Made by a program: the position numbers and the translations under genes. A DNA stretch of 60,302 nucleotides, the filler included, from Catajapyx aquilonaris (lineage: Eukaryota), in NCBI GenBank assembly GCA_000934665.2. It is 2 parts of 2 records of this genome, joined end to end, with 100 filler letters (N's around TTAATTAATTAA, not from the genome) between each part and the next. Parts side by side here need not be neighbours in the genome. Positions count along the whole stretch, not along the records: positions 30,057 to 60,302 come from KZ539200.1; 1 more part is not named here. One strand, 5' to 3'. Under the pieces are notes generated by a model. The model was given only the letters and a program-made list of their open reading frames with translations, did not search any database and had not been told where the DNA came from. Positions 37,001 through 50,400 of the stretch are shown in pieces; position 1 is the stretch's first letter; each line of letters begins with the position of its first letter.

Positions 37001-40000
37001 AGCACCCCCAACGTGTTGTCGCCTATATTGCATCTGAAGGAAGGAATCTGGCCCGAGTTGCACACTACCAATTTGGCTTTATAGACCCCCCCTACCTGAA
37101 GCGGATGTTTAAAATACGGCGACAAGTTTATAGTGTTTTATCCCCGCTTGAGCTGCACTTGGGCGCGAAATAGTGATACTTTGGATATTTACGTGCAAAA
37201 ACACGGGCTTACTGGAGTAGAGACCGGAGAAACAAACGGGGATGGAAATGAGACGCGAATATTTTTGGGAGGCAGTCATCTTCATGGTTAAAGGAGGATC
37301 TTCTTTAGCCGATACATGCGACGAGGTGCATTCAGCCCTCTCCCCCTTTCAGTATTTCTAAGATGGGTAATTTCCAGGAAGCAGAAGCAGGTCCTCGTCT
37401 AGAGCTGTAAAATGGCAACCAGGAGGATATAACAAGTAATGACGGCAAATGGAAAAGGGCCATTTAAAAGGCCGAACACACGGAGGGAGAATCCATTATT
37501 ATTAATGTTTTCGGAAAAGGCATAGACTGGGAACAGTTATGTCGATTTATGTATATTATACGGGCTAAGGAATGATTGAGCCCGGTCTCTTGATGATCAT
37601 AATGAAAGCTCCATATGCGAATATGTGATTCAAACGTTGCTATTCTCGCAGGGAAATGTTTGAGTTCCAAGTCCTGACAATCTTGTACTCTTTTTGTCAA
37701 ATGTGCTCCTCTTATTGTCCTGCGCAGGTGGCCTTGCAGTTGCAATATTAGTTATTAATGTAATGCGCAGATGGTTCGACATCAGCGGTTCCATCAAGGT
37801 TGCCTAAGCCCCCTGTAATCGCACTAATTAATTGTTCTGTGCATATCCCGGAATTATGGTCCGGATTTTCGCCATTTTTTCCCCGAGCTCCCTCCCCAAT
37901 TTTGTCGAGGCCCAGATGCGTCTAGCTCAAGTTACGAGCGTCAGAGCGACACGGATGCGTTATGGAAATGACGTTACTTTGGATAGCCCCGCGGGGTTGC
38001 GGCGGTGATGGAAAGTGTAGGTGGAAAGTCCAGGGATCGGATGTTGCACGCTTCAGGGAATTAACTGTCTAACGTTATAGCCCCTGGTACTTTCTCTCCG
38101 CGCGGATGATTATTTTTGTGCTGTGCAAGATAGTTGGGGAAGGGGAAGGGATGGGGGGGAGAAATGGACTTTATCATGCTGGTCGTTATCCAATTTACAT
38201 GCTAATACCTCCTGATGGACTGTTACTTGAATATGAAAATGGCCGAGAACATTTAGGATGCAGATGAACGTGCCTAGGAATGACCCAGAAATTTTCATGG
38301 AGAGAGCAGGAGGGGGGCGGGGGTGGAGGGAAAAACTGAAGGGAGACTCGTTGCTGGGTTTGCAATTTCCGGTTCTCGTTTTTTTTTTTTTTACAAACTT
38401 TTCAAAAAATATAGCAGTAAAAAAATGTGACCGGAATTTTGTACTAAGGATCGTTTCGGCCTTGTTCGACCTGATGTATGACACTGAGGGGAGTAAATAT
38501 AATTGGTCCGGAGCTTGCAAGGGAAGCAAATTTGTGCGGCATAAAGAGCTTTTTGGAGATATTCATGGCCTGAATAACCCTCCCAAAAGCTTTCGATTCA
38601 TCTCGACCTGAAAATTGCCATCTCAGCTGTACTTAGCGAAGCTGTTTGACTTTCTTCCCCTCTATCACTGAAAGCGTCTTTATGGATAAGCGAATTGGAA
38701 GTAGCGCTTTATTAGCTTACAGTTATGTTGACCCAAGTACCTATCAAGCTTTAGCTCTTGACTTCTATAGAAGGGCAAGACAGAACGGTATAAGAGTTAA
38801 GTATACATCTGAATTCCCAATATGTTACAGCCATACATTAAGACAATTAACAGTTACGTGCCTTGTCACTATTATACCCGTGCTATATATAAGAGTGAGG
38901 ACAATATTTGTCCTCGAAGTGATGAGTAATCCCTAGTCCATCTATCTGCTACAGTATACCATGGTTTAGTACCCGTGTGCCACTGTGTCTCCGCGGCTTA
39001 TGTTGATTTTCTATCAGCTTTTGTTCGTGCAGGACAAGCACCCCTCAATTTTGTGGGCATTGAAACGATTTTTACTACCCAATTCGGTTCATTCATGTTG
39101 CATGGACAGGGTCGCATCAAGTACGGCAACAATACATTCATGCCAGGCTGGCAGCGTGCACCATCGGAGTTAAGGGAAACTGCAGGCTTATCGACTCGTT
39201 AGAAATGGCTTGCAAGCATTCAGGAACGGAGTGGGAGATAATGCTATCCGGTCACTAATCTCGAGAGAGACGTTATTGCGCGACATTGCGGGCAATGAGA
39301 GCACTTGTGTGTCCGGCAATGTTTCGCCGGAGAAGCAAAGATTACCCAATCAACATTGCTCACCAACTCACCGCCTCACACTATCTCTCGCTTAATGCTG
39401 AGCTGCATACTATGGGGCTTACAGCATGCTTGTCCTTATTGTTGAGGGTCTGAAGTGCCTGCAAGCAATTTACTTGCTGTAAATTAGAGAAGTGACAGAA
39501 AATTTCGTTGAAAATGTCTTCAGTAGCAGCGATTGTTTAGGAAAGAAGACTCTTGATTTCTCGGTTTGTAGTAGCAAGTTGAAAATGAAGTTATGTGATG
39601 GCTGCGGCTTCACTTAATATGTGCAATTACGCTGAATGCAGTTCGTCCGGCCTATTTATTCCAGGTGAAAATTTCTCATTTTATTCCTCTTCGCCAGGAA
39701 TAAGTAACAATTCTGCTTATTCTCTGCGCCGCGTTTATAAACACTAATGGTCTGAAATACCTGACCAAACTAGAAGGAGCACGAAGGGCCTGCTGCGACC
39801 ATTGTATTTTATACAGCTCGCATTTACTGCTCTTTGCTAAATAAGAAATCGAAGTCGTTTTCTGGGCACTAATGGCAGGCATTAGTGGTCGTAGACCCGG
39901 ACAGCCTTATAATCCCTAATGCTTTCAAAGCTTTCGTAGCAATTCAGTCTTTGCACACTAGGCTCGTTATATCTTCGCTAATGTCATGAGGCCAGTTAGA

Positions 40001-41733
40001 TGCGGGGAGCATTTGGCACTTGATTGTCCAGCGTGATGTTTGTACAGATCTGGTCTGTTTTTGATGTCGAATGTTGAGTCAGTAAACCAGCAAATTCGGC
40101 AAAATTCGTACNNNNNNNNNNNNNNNNNNNNNNNNNNCCCCCCCCCCCCTCACCTCTCAGCTGGCAAGTCCTCATATTCGCTTATCGATCTGCGAGCGAG
40201 TCTTTATTTGCATGTGGACTCGCCCACAATGAATGCTGACTGCCCCCCATCATTCATCCGCAGAGTAAATAACCAGTGCTATCGATTCCACATTACAAAA
40301 TGTCTCCCTTGGCGTCATAAATGTCCCTGGAACTTATCCGCTACCGACATACTTGTTGGTCGTTTCATCAAAATTTATTCTGCCTGCCTTGCTAGAGTTA
40401 ACAACCGTCCACATCCCCTCTCCAAAAAAAAAAAAATAGAGTACATAGTGCGTGATCTGGATTGAACCGATAGCGAGGAATGCTGTACCTTCGTAATCCG
40501 CATTTTGCGATTGGTTGGTACGGAAGTGAAGTACATGGATATACACTCCCTGCGAATTTGCGGAGCTTGAGAGAACTTTGATCGGCAATCGCGCTTGATC
40601 CTCAATAGTGTGACAAATCTAGCGTGTGGTTTGCGATTATGAGAGCAAGCTCATTAGCTGGAACAACAGCAAATTAAACTGCCGTGTTCATCCCAAGGGT
40701 TTGTGTGACGTTCACTGCACTCTCATGGCTTCCAACAAAAAAAATTTTAACTGCAAAGCTTCGGCTTCCGTGTTGCTAGATGCTAGACTAGCTAGAGGGA
40801 AGCAAAATTTTATAGGTTTACTGGTCCAGGCGCTAGGTCGTTTATGTCATACTTTATGGTAAAATAATGCGCAAAATGGCCCAACTGATAGTCGCCTATT
40901 TTCTTTGTTTTCCTGTATTATCACGCACGTCCTTTCCTGCTGCTGCGCGGGGCCGCATCACTGTAACTGTCCAAGTATGAAAATAATGCATGAAGTCAAT
41001 ATGCCTGAAATCGGTTTCACTGTAGCCTGCATATACTGTAATGCACTCTGGGTGTGAATGAGGTCAGATTCGAGGAAAAAGTTGTGGGCAATGACCTCCT
41101 TCAATATGGAACCGAAATGGCAACATTGCCTTTAAAAAGGCGGAGAAAATGGTTATTTTTGAGCAAGTGATCGCTCCTATTGTTGTTCAAAAATTACATT
41201 GATCAGTACCGGCGATCAATATCAGTTTCTTGTATTTTTTAAAAATATTCCTCGAGCTGCTTGGGTCATCGCTCTTATAAACCTTTTTGCATACCATCAA
41301 TATTTTTACATGCATAATTTGGTTTAATGCCGCATCAGTGATAGGCAATCGTAATAAAACCCAGGAATGTTCACATTTACTGTACTGTATACGTGACGGG
41401 CAGGCTGAATGTTCATCCTGAAAGTGATGCTTCCAATTGGACAGGGGTGCTGTTGCATACTTCTCAGGATGAAACCAGTGAACGCTGTATGCATGGCTTT
41501 CCAACTGAAATAATGCAGCACTGGTAAGAGAGGGAGTTGGGAGTGGGCAAAAGAGTTAGAGAAACAGTGCTCAAGTTCGGACTTAAGGACTTGCGGTTGG
41601 GTTAGGAGATGTGTTAACTGATGCAGTTGTTGTTTGACCAGCAGGTGGGGGCGAGGAGAGTGGAGGACGTGGCTGAAATGGATTGGTGGCTTTAGGCCTC
41701 CTCCCAGTGAGAGGGCGAAGCTGGCGACCCATC

Positions 41734-44278
41734 ATGACCAGTCTGCTGGAGAATTTAGAGCACAGCGATAATGAAGAGATCAACCGGCTGTTCCCCAAGT
41801 GCAAACCCAAAGGTGCGGACGGCCGGCTGACGGACGCCAACCTCAACACGGTGAAGGACCTGGAGCACATCTCCTACGAAATCGATAGCAATGAGAACTT
41901 CAGCTGCGTCTTGGATAACGAGCCTGCTGCTCCTGCTCTGGCCAGCACCCACCAGTTGGTGAAGTTGGTCCTCGACATTGACTCAGGTAATAAGAGGAGC
42001 GGGATTAACCTTTTGGGGATGATGGCGTCTAGTAACGAGTCGGGGGAGAGTTTGGTGGTGCGGTCCGTTGTGGGTAAGGAACCGGCGGCGGGGGTGGTGA
42101 TACAACAGCTGCAGAACCAGCAGGAGGATAGTGAGTGCGAGGTGCTGGATCACTCGGTGGTGAGTGGGTACCAGCCTGGTGTTGTTGCTCCAGAGGAGCA
42201 GGACAAGATGGACGGCGAGCAGGGGGACTCGGACTCTGAAGGGGAGAGCTCCAAGCCGTCTTCCTCGTCCGGGAGGCAGCCGGAGTACAAGCTCCGGGAC
42301 TCCAGGATAGAGATCGCCGGTGGTCGGGAGGTGTTCTCTCAGAGCCGGAGCAAAGCCATGAGGAAGCGGTACAGCGACGACCTGACCGGAAGCAAGGTGA
42401 GGAAGCTGGCGACGGTGGTGCCGGTGTCGGGGGAGGTCAAGAGGCACAGCGGGGAGGTGCTGTACGAGGATAAGCAAGGGTGCTACGGGTTTAGGACTGA
42501 CTACGGGGTGTGGGAACCGTGGATCAACAAGAAGGACAACAAGAAGGCTCCTCGAACCAGCAACACCATCATGTACGACGAGGCCGCGGCCAAGAACTCG
42601 CAGTTCGCAATCGACGTGCACATGCTTCCGACGACCAAGGCTCCAACGTCGCCCATGATCAGTCTCGGGCTGTCGGACCGGTGTCGGCCTGTAGTGTACG
42701 AGGCGCCAATCAGCGGCAACAGCGAAGTGGTGTTTGACGATATCGGTGACTGGGTAGCTCAGTGCAAAGTGTATCAGCAGGGAGACAGCCCCGAGGGAGG
42801 CGCGACAGGAAAAGAGCTACCTTCTTCGGGAACCCCTGCAACCGTCGTCGTGTCCTCAAAGGACGACGACACCGACTCAGCAGCCTCGTCTTCCCGGGAC
42901 ACTGAAAGCCCCAGCACAGCATCGCGGCTCAGCCGCACCCTTAGTCTTTCCGAGAGTTACGACAAGGTCCTAGCCAGTCCCACCGAGGAGGAACGAGGCG
43001 GGGCCAGGGAGTCTGAGACCCCAGAACGAGCCAGGGGCGGCCCTAGGGTGATCGGGAATGTCCCGATCGCCGAGTACGAGGGCTCTCCTCGGCGGTACGG
43101 CCCCAGACCAGGGGCGCCCCCGCCCCCGCCTCCACCGGCCTCGACTCCTACTGCCACTACCACTCCTTCACCTCTGTCTGTGATGGACGCGACCCCGAGT
43201 CTCCGTGCCTCTCCTTCCGGCTTGCAGCTTCAGGGTCTGATAAGCGCAGCACCGTCAACCACTCCGGCGACTTCGACGCACGTGCCACGTCCAGGGTTCC
43301 CCCAGAGGGTGTACACCGAGACCAGCAGCAGTGCGCCTATCGGGTTGGAAGAGCTGAAGGTCGACCTGTCGCCCACAGTCAAGACCGGCCCTCTGGTCGA
43401 CCTCTCTTCGACTGGCGAGGGCAGCAAGGAAGGATTAGACGATGCCGACAACTTCGACTTCATGTACGAGTTTTCAGAGACCAGGAAGGTTCTGGAGGAA
43501 TTTTTCAAGCCTCGGCGGAACTCGACCGGCGAAAAGTCCAAGGAGGAGTTTGACGAGCTGGAGTACAAGCTGTACAGACACGCCGGAAACTCGTACGTTG
43601 GGCAGAGGCTGGCTAAGGGCTTCGTTCAGGAGGAGTCCGAGTCGCCCAAGAAGGTGAGCAACGGATCAGCCAAGGGCAGTCCGGAGAAGCGCTCCCTGGA
43701 CGTGTCGCAGGACCTGATCTCTCTACACGACCACAACCAGACAGACGGCTTCCTGGACATCTCCGCCGACAATGACCGCGAGACTGTCTCCACTAACCCC
43801 GAGACTGAGGACCTCGGCGAGACCGAGGTCGGACTGCAGGTGGGACACAGCCGGAACTTCACGTTGTCGCCGGAAACCACCGATTGCGACTCCAACGACA
43901 TAGAGAGCGAGCTTTCGGTGGAGAACGAAGGGTCGTTGCATTCCAGCAGCCGGTTGTACAGCAGCATGCCGGTGCTGGAAGACGGGCTGTCGTCGGGTCA
44001 CGCCAGCGAAGCAGAGGACGCCAACGACGGTCCCGACGACCCGACGTCGGCGCCGCCCGATTTCGCCAGGAAGCACAGACAAGAGCTTCTAAATCCGACC
44101 ATGGTGCTGATGAAGAAGCAGATTTCGGAGATTGAGAAGGAGATCAAAATTCGGTCTCAGAAGCAGCAGTCGGATCAGACCAGGAAAGTGGAGTACAAGG
44201 AGGTCGAGGAGTACCTGAAGAGTCAGGATATATCGTACGATGCCAATGATCCAGAGCTGGAAGCGCTCGATCCGATGC
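41734..44278 (+). CDS. X11L: Mint/X11/APBA (lin-10) family adaptor, large first coding exon (about 848 aa, acidic and low complexity)
   Basis: 867-codon GC3-rich ORF; first ATG at 41734 (MTSLLEN...NRLFPKCKPKG) after an in-frame TGA at 41674; donor C|GTAAGT at 44278/44279 (phase 1). Blocks such as PIAEYEGSPRRYG, YEFSETRKVLEEFF, RNFTLSPETTD and SMPVLEDGLSSG resemble my recollection of arthropod X11L N-termini. The in-phase downstream CASK-interaction exon supports the identity. Confidence 0.85.
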
Positions 44279-47027
44279 GTAAGTAGGAAATCTCAGTCGA
44301 TGGTTGCATGGCTTTATTTCTGAGGTTTCCGTTTTGCTTGGTTTTTAAATGTATTATTTTGCGACTTACTTTTGTGTCGAGAGTTGTTGAGTGCGTTGCT
44401 GTTTTGTTGAGTGATCGTATCGTTTTAAGCCGGCTTTGCGAAAAAGACTCAACAGGTCGAAAACTCTGCAGAAGATTGCCTCATTTCCTTTATGGGACCG
44501 TCCGACTTGTACCTAAAGGAAAATGCGGCTGCATTCCAACCGCTCAACATTTTGTGTGTGGGAGAGAGATGGGGCTGAGGGAATGGAAAGAGTGTATACA
44601 GTAGATTTATATCCAACTCGCAGACTCCGCCATGTAGCTCAGATTTTCAATTTGTGAGAAAGCATGGGGACGTGCTTATTACGTCACACTCCCGGACGAT
44701 CTGTCATTTTCAAGAGGCAATTCCGGACACTCACCTTTTATCTGCGCTTGCACACTGCGAGAGAGCGACAGCGCAGTATGCCAGTCGCAATCCATAATAA
44801 TTAAACACGTATAGTGTTGACGCTTCCTAACCACAGCCAAAGTAGCATATCTTGCCTTACACCTCATCTTTTTTTTTTCTCCCCCCATCCTTAGGTGGAA
44901 CACGCCTTTCCTCTTGATGAAAAATGGCACTATAAACGCATTTTTCATCCTGCTTTTTCAGGGGGGCCGTTCGGAGGGCTAAGAGCCTATAGTGAGAAGG
45001 GGGTTGAAAAAAAAGCTAGCGTCCTGCTCCTCAGCATCTCATCAGTCAAGAGTTAAGGAACCACCAGGGCCCTGTTAGTCGCTTGCACACTTGCTAGAGC
45101 AGGGGGTAATTTTTCTTGGAAAAGGGGCTGACTCTGCTGCGGTTTTGCCCTCTCTTATCTACCGTGACTTGAATTCACAAGAAGGCTCATTTTGTTGCCG
45201 CTACAAACTCTGGGGCTGACCTTTATTAGTCTGCTAGCTCTGGGGGCTCATTACTGTTAGAGTTTGAGCACCAAGTGCAATGAGTTGAGGAAGGGGGTGG
45301 GGCTGGATTTTGCAAAGTGAAGGAGGCGTTTTGTAGTGGCAAGACTTGTCAAAAGAGAGGTGCTTGCAAGGAGCAAGAGGATTTTGTCGTCAATCTTGTC
45401 GAGAGTAATAGGATTTGTTGGGGATTTTGCGCGATGAAAAGTCTCTGGTGGGTAACCCAGTCGGTGTGCTCTTGCAGATTATTTGCCATGAGCCCTGTAA
45501 GCATATTGGGGACTGGGAAAATAACAGTGGGCTGTCGGGTAGTAGCTTTAGAGAAAGAGATATTGTTGACATCCAAGCGGCGGTGCAGTCGCATACATCA
45601 GGAAAAGTACAGCAAAAGTTTAGCGATTTAACTCTCGCTCCCCCGATGGCGAAATTGCTCGTACCCTCCATCTCCCAAGAGAAGCAGATGCAAATGTGTG
45701 CAAAAAAAAGGAGGGTTGGGTGGGTATAGTCCGCGGAAACGCCTGAAGGGGGTTACCCAACAGCTTCTCGGATCGTATCGTGGTTGACAGGCGATATAAA
45801 AAAGTGGGGAGGCCGAAAAAAAAGAGGAGAAAAGGTCTTGCGAAATATAGAAGCCGCATAACGACATCTTGTGTCAACGCAGTTTTGAAATTCCGAGCCT
45901 CTTATCATGGAGTTCCGGCACTCCTTGGCTTATTATAGTCCCCAGGGTGATGTGCCTGGGATTGTGATAGTACAGGCGAACGCGGCGCGTAATGTTTTCT
46001 TCGTGCGAATCTTGCCCCTCCTTTTTTTGTGATTTAAGTTTGACATCACGTGCCAGATTGTGTACTTAAAAACAAACTGAAATGTCCAGACTTTTCATGA
46101 AGTGTTCCCTTAATGAGCAGGAAGTCCGCGATAATTAGGTAACTGAAGACGACTTGCAGGAGTTAGGGGCGTCTGGTTAAAGAAAGACTCGTTGCCTCAG
46201 AGTTTGCTTTGATTACATCTAATGATGTGTTGTGATCCTTGTTCGCTCCTGCCGTGCATCATCTTAATTTTTTTCTTTCTGTTATGTTCCTTGGCGGCTG
46301 AAATCTGATCCGCGGTGTACCCAGGAGACGGAGTTTCGTCTTGAACCATTTCCGATAATTGGATCGGAGTCTGGAAAGGAATGGTTTCAACTTTATATAG
46401 TCTCTTCCTTTGTTATGAAGCCCCAGGTGCGCAGCAATCGCTATACGCTCACGGACTGCGGTTCCCCGGCCTATGTGCTGTTGACAACTGCCTGCCCTGT
46501 AGGGTATGCCAGGGTGTTGACCCAGGCTTGAATGCACCTTGAAAGAAATTGATATAGTTTTTTCAAGAATAATTCAATTTGAAAATGTATGGCTCATGCA
46601 TTTTTTAACTGGCTTGTAGGTGGGTGTCACCCAAATCATTATGAGTGTCGTTCAAATCACACCTGATATTGGCGTCGTTAAAACCATACAGGATAATAAC
46701 TGTTAATGACCAGACGAGGTGTTTAATTAGCAGGCTGGATTAAATTATTTTAAAATGGAACGAGATTACCAAAAACTAAATTTGCATTTTATCCGCTGCC
46801 TGCTGTCAACGTTGCATGCGGAACGCCCTTTTCAGTTGCGATTCCAGTCCACCCAACCCACCGCAAGCAGAATGCGACCATCGTAACCAATCATGTCCGT
46901 CATTGTTGTACTGTACTTCTATTACACAGCCGCATTGTGAAACTATGCTCGTAGCAATAACCGACACTGACACATTACACCCTCAGAATGCCCTAAATTA
47001 CACACCAACAATGTACGCTTTGTATTA

Positions 47028-47029
<2 letters not shown>

Positions 47030-47102
<73 letters not shown>
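47030..47102. repeat. (ATT)n microsatellite, about 24 units
   Basis: Pure run about 130 nt upstream of the X11 CASK-motif exon. Confidence 0.97.
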
Positions 47103-47232
47103 GCTAATATGTTGTTATTTCAGTCTGCTTGCCCTCGTTTGTCTGCTACTGATTACTTTACTGTGTTTGTTTGTGTTACGTTGGTGGGCACTTTGACCTG
47201 TTCTAAATGATGCTGTCCCTTTGTGGGGTCAG

Positions 47233-47440
47233 GGGCAGAGGCCACGCCGCCACCGCCGGCCCCACATGCCCACCGGAGCGAGGGCAGCAGCGAAGGGGCC
47301 TCTTCGACCACTCCGACACCTGCTGCGGTCGAGGCTGCCATCAAGGACATCAAGCTGGCCCTGCAGAGGACCAAGGCTCTGCCTTCCTCCTCAGACCAAC
47401 GCAACCATGAAGAAGTGGCCAATCCAGTCTGGATACCCAG
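47233..47440 (+). CDS. X11L: Mint/X11 exon: Munc18-binding-like helix and CASK-interaction motif
   Basis: TCAG acceptor is phase 1 (an alternative in-phase GCAG ends at 47238). Encodes AAVEAAIKDIKLALQRTK (compare Mint1 IKEAIEEVK) and NPVWIPR (compare Mint1 EPIWVMRQ). Donor CAG|GTCAGT, phase 2. Confidence 0.85.
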
Positions 47441-50400
47441 GTCAGTCGATCTTAACCATTTTGCAGATTTCTGCCAGGATTTTGAGAGCAAATTCTCTTG
47501 AGGCTTAGGTCAAGTGATACTGACAACTGAGCGTGACAGATTCGAATGTGCGGGTTCATGCAGTTGTGAGCACCACTTGTTGTGAGGCATAAACGAACAG
47601 TGTTGTGGCTCCCATAGTTGTTGTTTATATGGCCATCCCACCGTGACGAACCATGTCCACTTGACTTGCCATTTTTATCGCCAGAGTCCATTATTATTAA
47701 ATGTTGTGTGAAGCTCGCATGGGAAGTGTCTTTTGGCATGCAGCACTGCAAATTGTTGCGGATTAAACGTGCGTAACTGTCGCGAAAAAATCGACAAGTG
47801 GTTGCGACGTTTCGATCCAGCGGGCCAGTGAACCTGTCTCGATTTGACTGCATTTATTATTATCTTCAGTGTTTTCGCGTCGAGGCTTATCACAATCTCA
47901 TTGATTCAATTGTCAACAGGCCTCGGAGCAGTGAGATTAGCAGTTAGGGTGTACCACGGGACCTTTGACGAGATTAGTGCTGCCACGCTTTTGAAGAAGA
48001 TGACTCGGTTTAGAGAATCACTATATCCAGATTACCTGGCTCGATTGATTCACATCGGATCGATAATAGTTGCATCCTCTCCATTGTGGAATAAATCATT
48101 CCCTGTAGAGTTTTTTTTTTCTTTCTTGCAATCGATCTTTGCTGCCTCAGTTCCCTCTCATAGAGAAAGGAGAAGGAAAATTGGATTCTCGTGTGAGGTA
48201 AGACGGCAGAGATCGGGCTGGGAAAATTACTTTCATTTAAGGAGGCGCCATGGGGAGGAATGGCGGCTGCTGCTGCGAGGAGGACACATCTAAATAAGCT
48301 GAGGATAGGATTTTTTTTTTTCTTTTTTCGTGAGCGGATTGCCCCGTTCGGATTGGCGTCGAGGGAATTGGTTGATTTTTTTTTTATGTAGCTTTGGTGC
48401 GAGCCTGGTTCCGTTCAACGCGGGGAATCCCTTTGCGCCAATTAATCAGATGAGCCTCCCTTTTTTTTTGCTCCTTTCGCCCACTCCAGCTTCGGAACTG
48501 ATGAAGCCTGCATGGCAGAGATTCGATCAAACCGATTCCGGCTGGTCTCCAAATCCGGGTACCAGGTTGCTTCTGGAACTAATTTCTTCCAGCTTGTTCT
48601 CGGATGAGGTTCTCTGACGGTGAAAAGTAGGCTGCGAAGGAATTTCCTCCCCTTTCATTTGGGAAGAACCGTGGTCCGGGATGCTCACTTGTCAGTTGAT
48701 GACGACACAGAAAATCGTGGTTTGTTGACTACGAATTTAATGTCAACATTTGAAATTTTATTGCAACTAATCAATTATTGCTTGTTCTGAGTTTTCACAG
48801 TACCGTTTTGCAATGCTGCATGCGCCAGTGTACCGTGTCATTCAGTCCATACGGTTTATATGATATACATTTTAATCCCTCGTTAAATTCGAATGAAGCT
48901 TTGGCGATAATAACTGGTTCGATAATTTCATTTATTTGAATGAAAATGTGATTTATAAACTGGTGGCAGACGAATTATTTTACGTTATTCATTAGGCTAA
49001 TACTTCAGCTTTTTAATTCTGACGTTTAAAAATTTGTTTCGTGCTTTTAGTGAAAAAGTTGCAGAAGTTTAATACTTTGAGTGCACGTCGTAACAAAAGT
49101 TGCATTAAAATGCCAGCTCAGACGTTATTTTAGCATTTTACTACACAGATAAATGCCAGGGTATATGTCAGATTATGTCAACACGCTTGTTTGTAATAAA
49201 TTTTATGCTTATTTCATTAAACACGACAATTTACATGTGGGCTATTGATTTATAGTGTCAGCTTATAACCACAGCAAGTTATCAAGGAGAGCCTTGCACA
49301 GTAAATAATTTTGACACATAATTATTATTGATGTGCCACAATCACACTAAGAAAAGAGCTTTCTGCGAATAGTTTTAAATCCAACGCTTGCAAGGAAGTT
49401 TTCCATGTTATAAAAAATTACATATGAATATGTTCTGGATGGGAAGGTTCAAAATTAGTGATCAACAGTGTATTTTAGGGCCAAAGAGGTTAATTTGCTG
49501 CATCCAAAAAAATTATTCCGTTAATTACAAAAGAAGAGAGCTGACAGCACATGTTGGAAGTACTGTACTACATGGAGTGTGGCTGTACCCAGCAAATGCA
49601 GCAGGCTATATGTGTCTGCTACATTTAGCGATTCACGCAAGGTGATTTTGTCTCTCTTGCCGTCATGTCACGCCGATTTGATAAGCGTGTAGGCCCCGCT
49701 GCGAGGGAAGTGTCACAAGTGTGGAGAGATTGAGCGATAAGAGGGGAAAGGTGTGCAGAGGAAAATCATTTTTGCTCATTCCCTCAACCCCCCCCCCCCT
49801 TCCCTCCAAACTCCAACCCCCACCATTTTGAAATGGGTCCCTGTCGTGACTAAATATAACAGCGGAAAGCGAGTATCGCTGCTGGGAGGCAGAAACTCGA
49901 TTCCGCACTCTCCACGTTTCGCACTTTCAAATGAAGCAAGGGAGAGTTGAGGGGAGGTGGGGAGGGTGTGGAAAAGGGTAGGAGGGGAACACACCAAGTT
50001 GCACTTTTGCACACTTCCTCTCCCATGTCAATGGCCTCCAGCGCATTAAAACCAGCCTACTGTCCCGTGTCGAGGAGTTTTTCCAACTTCTGCTTCTATT
50101 CCTTAGTAAATGCAAATGAACTGGCACCTACTGGAGCGAAAAGTGGGAAGGGGGGAGAAAGGGGCACACTCTTTTGGAGCGTTGTTATCCGACGGGCGGT
50201 GTGCAATTTGGAGGAATCAATGGGCTCAAGAGACCTCGCAAGGGGGTGCTTTATTACACCTTCTTGACCACATGCGAACGTGTTGACTTGGTTATGCCGA
50301 GCCGTTTTCTATGTCTGTTATTGAGGACAAGGAGCTTTAGCCAAGGCGGGATACTTAGGGCTCACAGTAACATTGAGTAAAAGCCAAAGGTCACAGTGGT

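Noticed and set aside
40112..40137. N gaps (also 30864-30896, 59534-59569 and single Ns)
   Set aside because: Sequencing gaps, mostly next to poly-C/G runs; no biological signal.
41583..44135. Multiple antisense or overlapping ORFs within the X11 exon
   Set aside because: Expected shadows of a long GC3-rich exon, with no independent motifs.
47104..47123. Strong-looking acceptor (GCTAAT...TTTCAG) before the X11 CID exon
   Set aside because: It is out of phase with the 44278 donor, and the CID frame contains a TGA at 47208. The 47232 acceptor fits.
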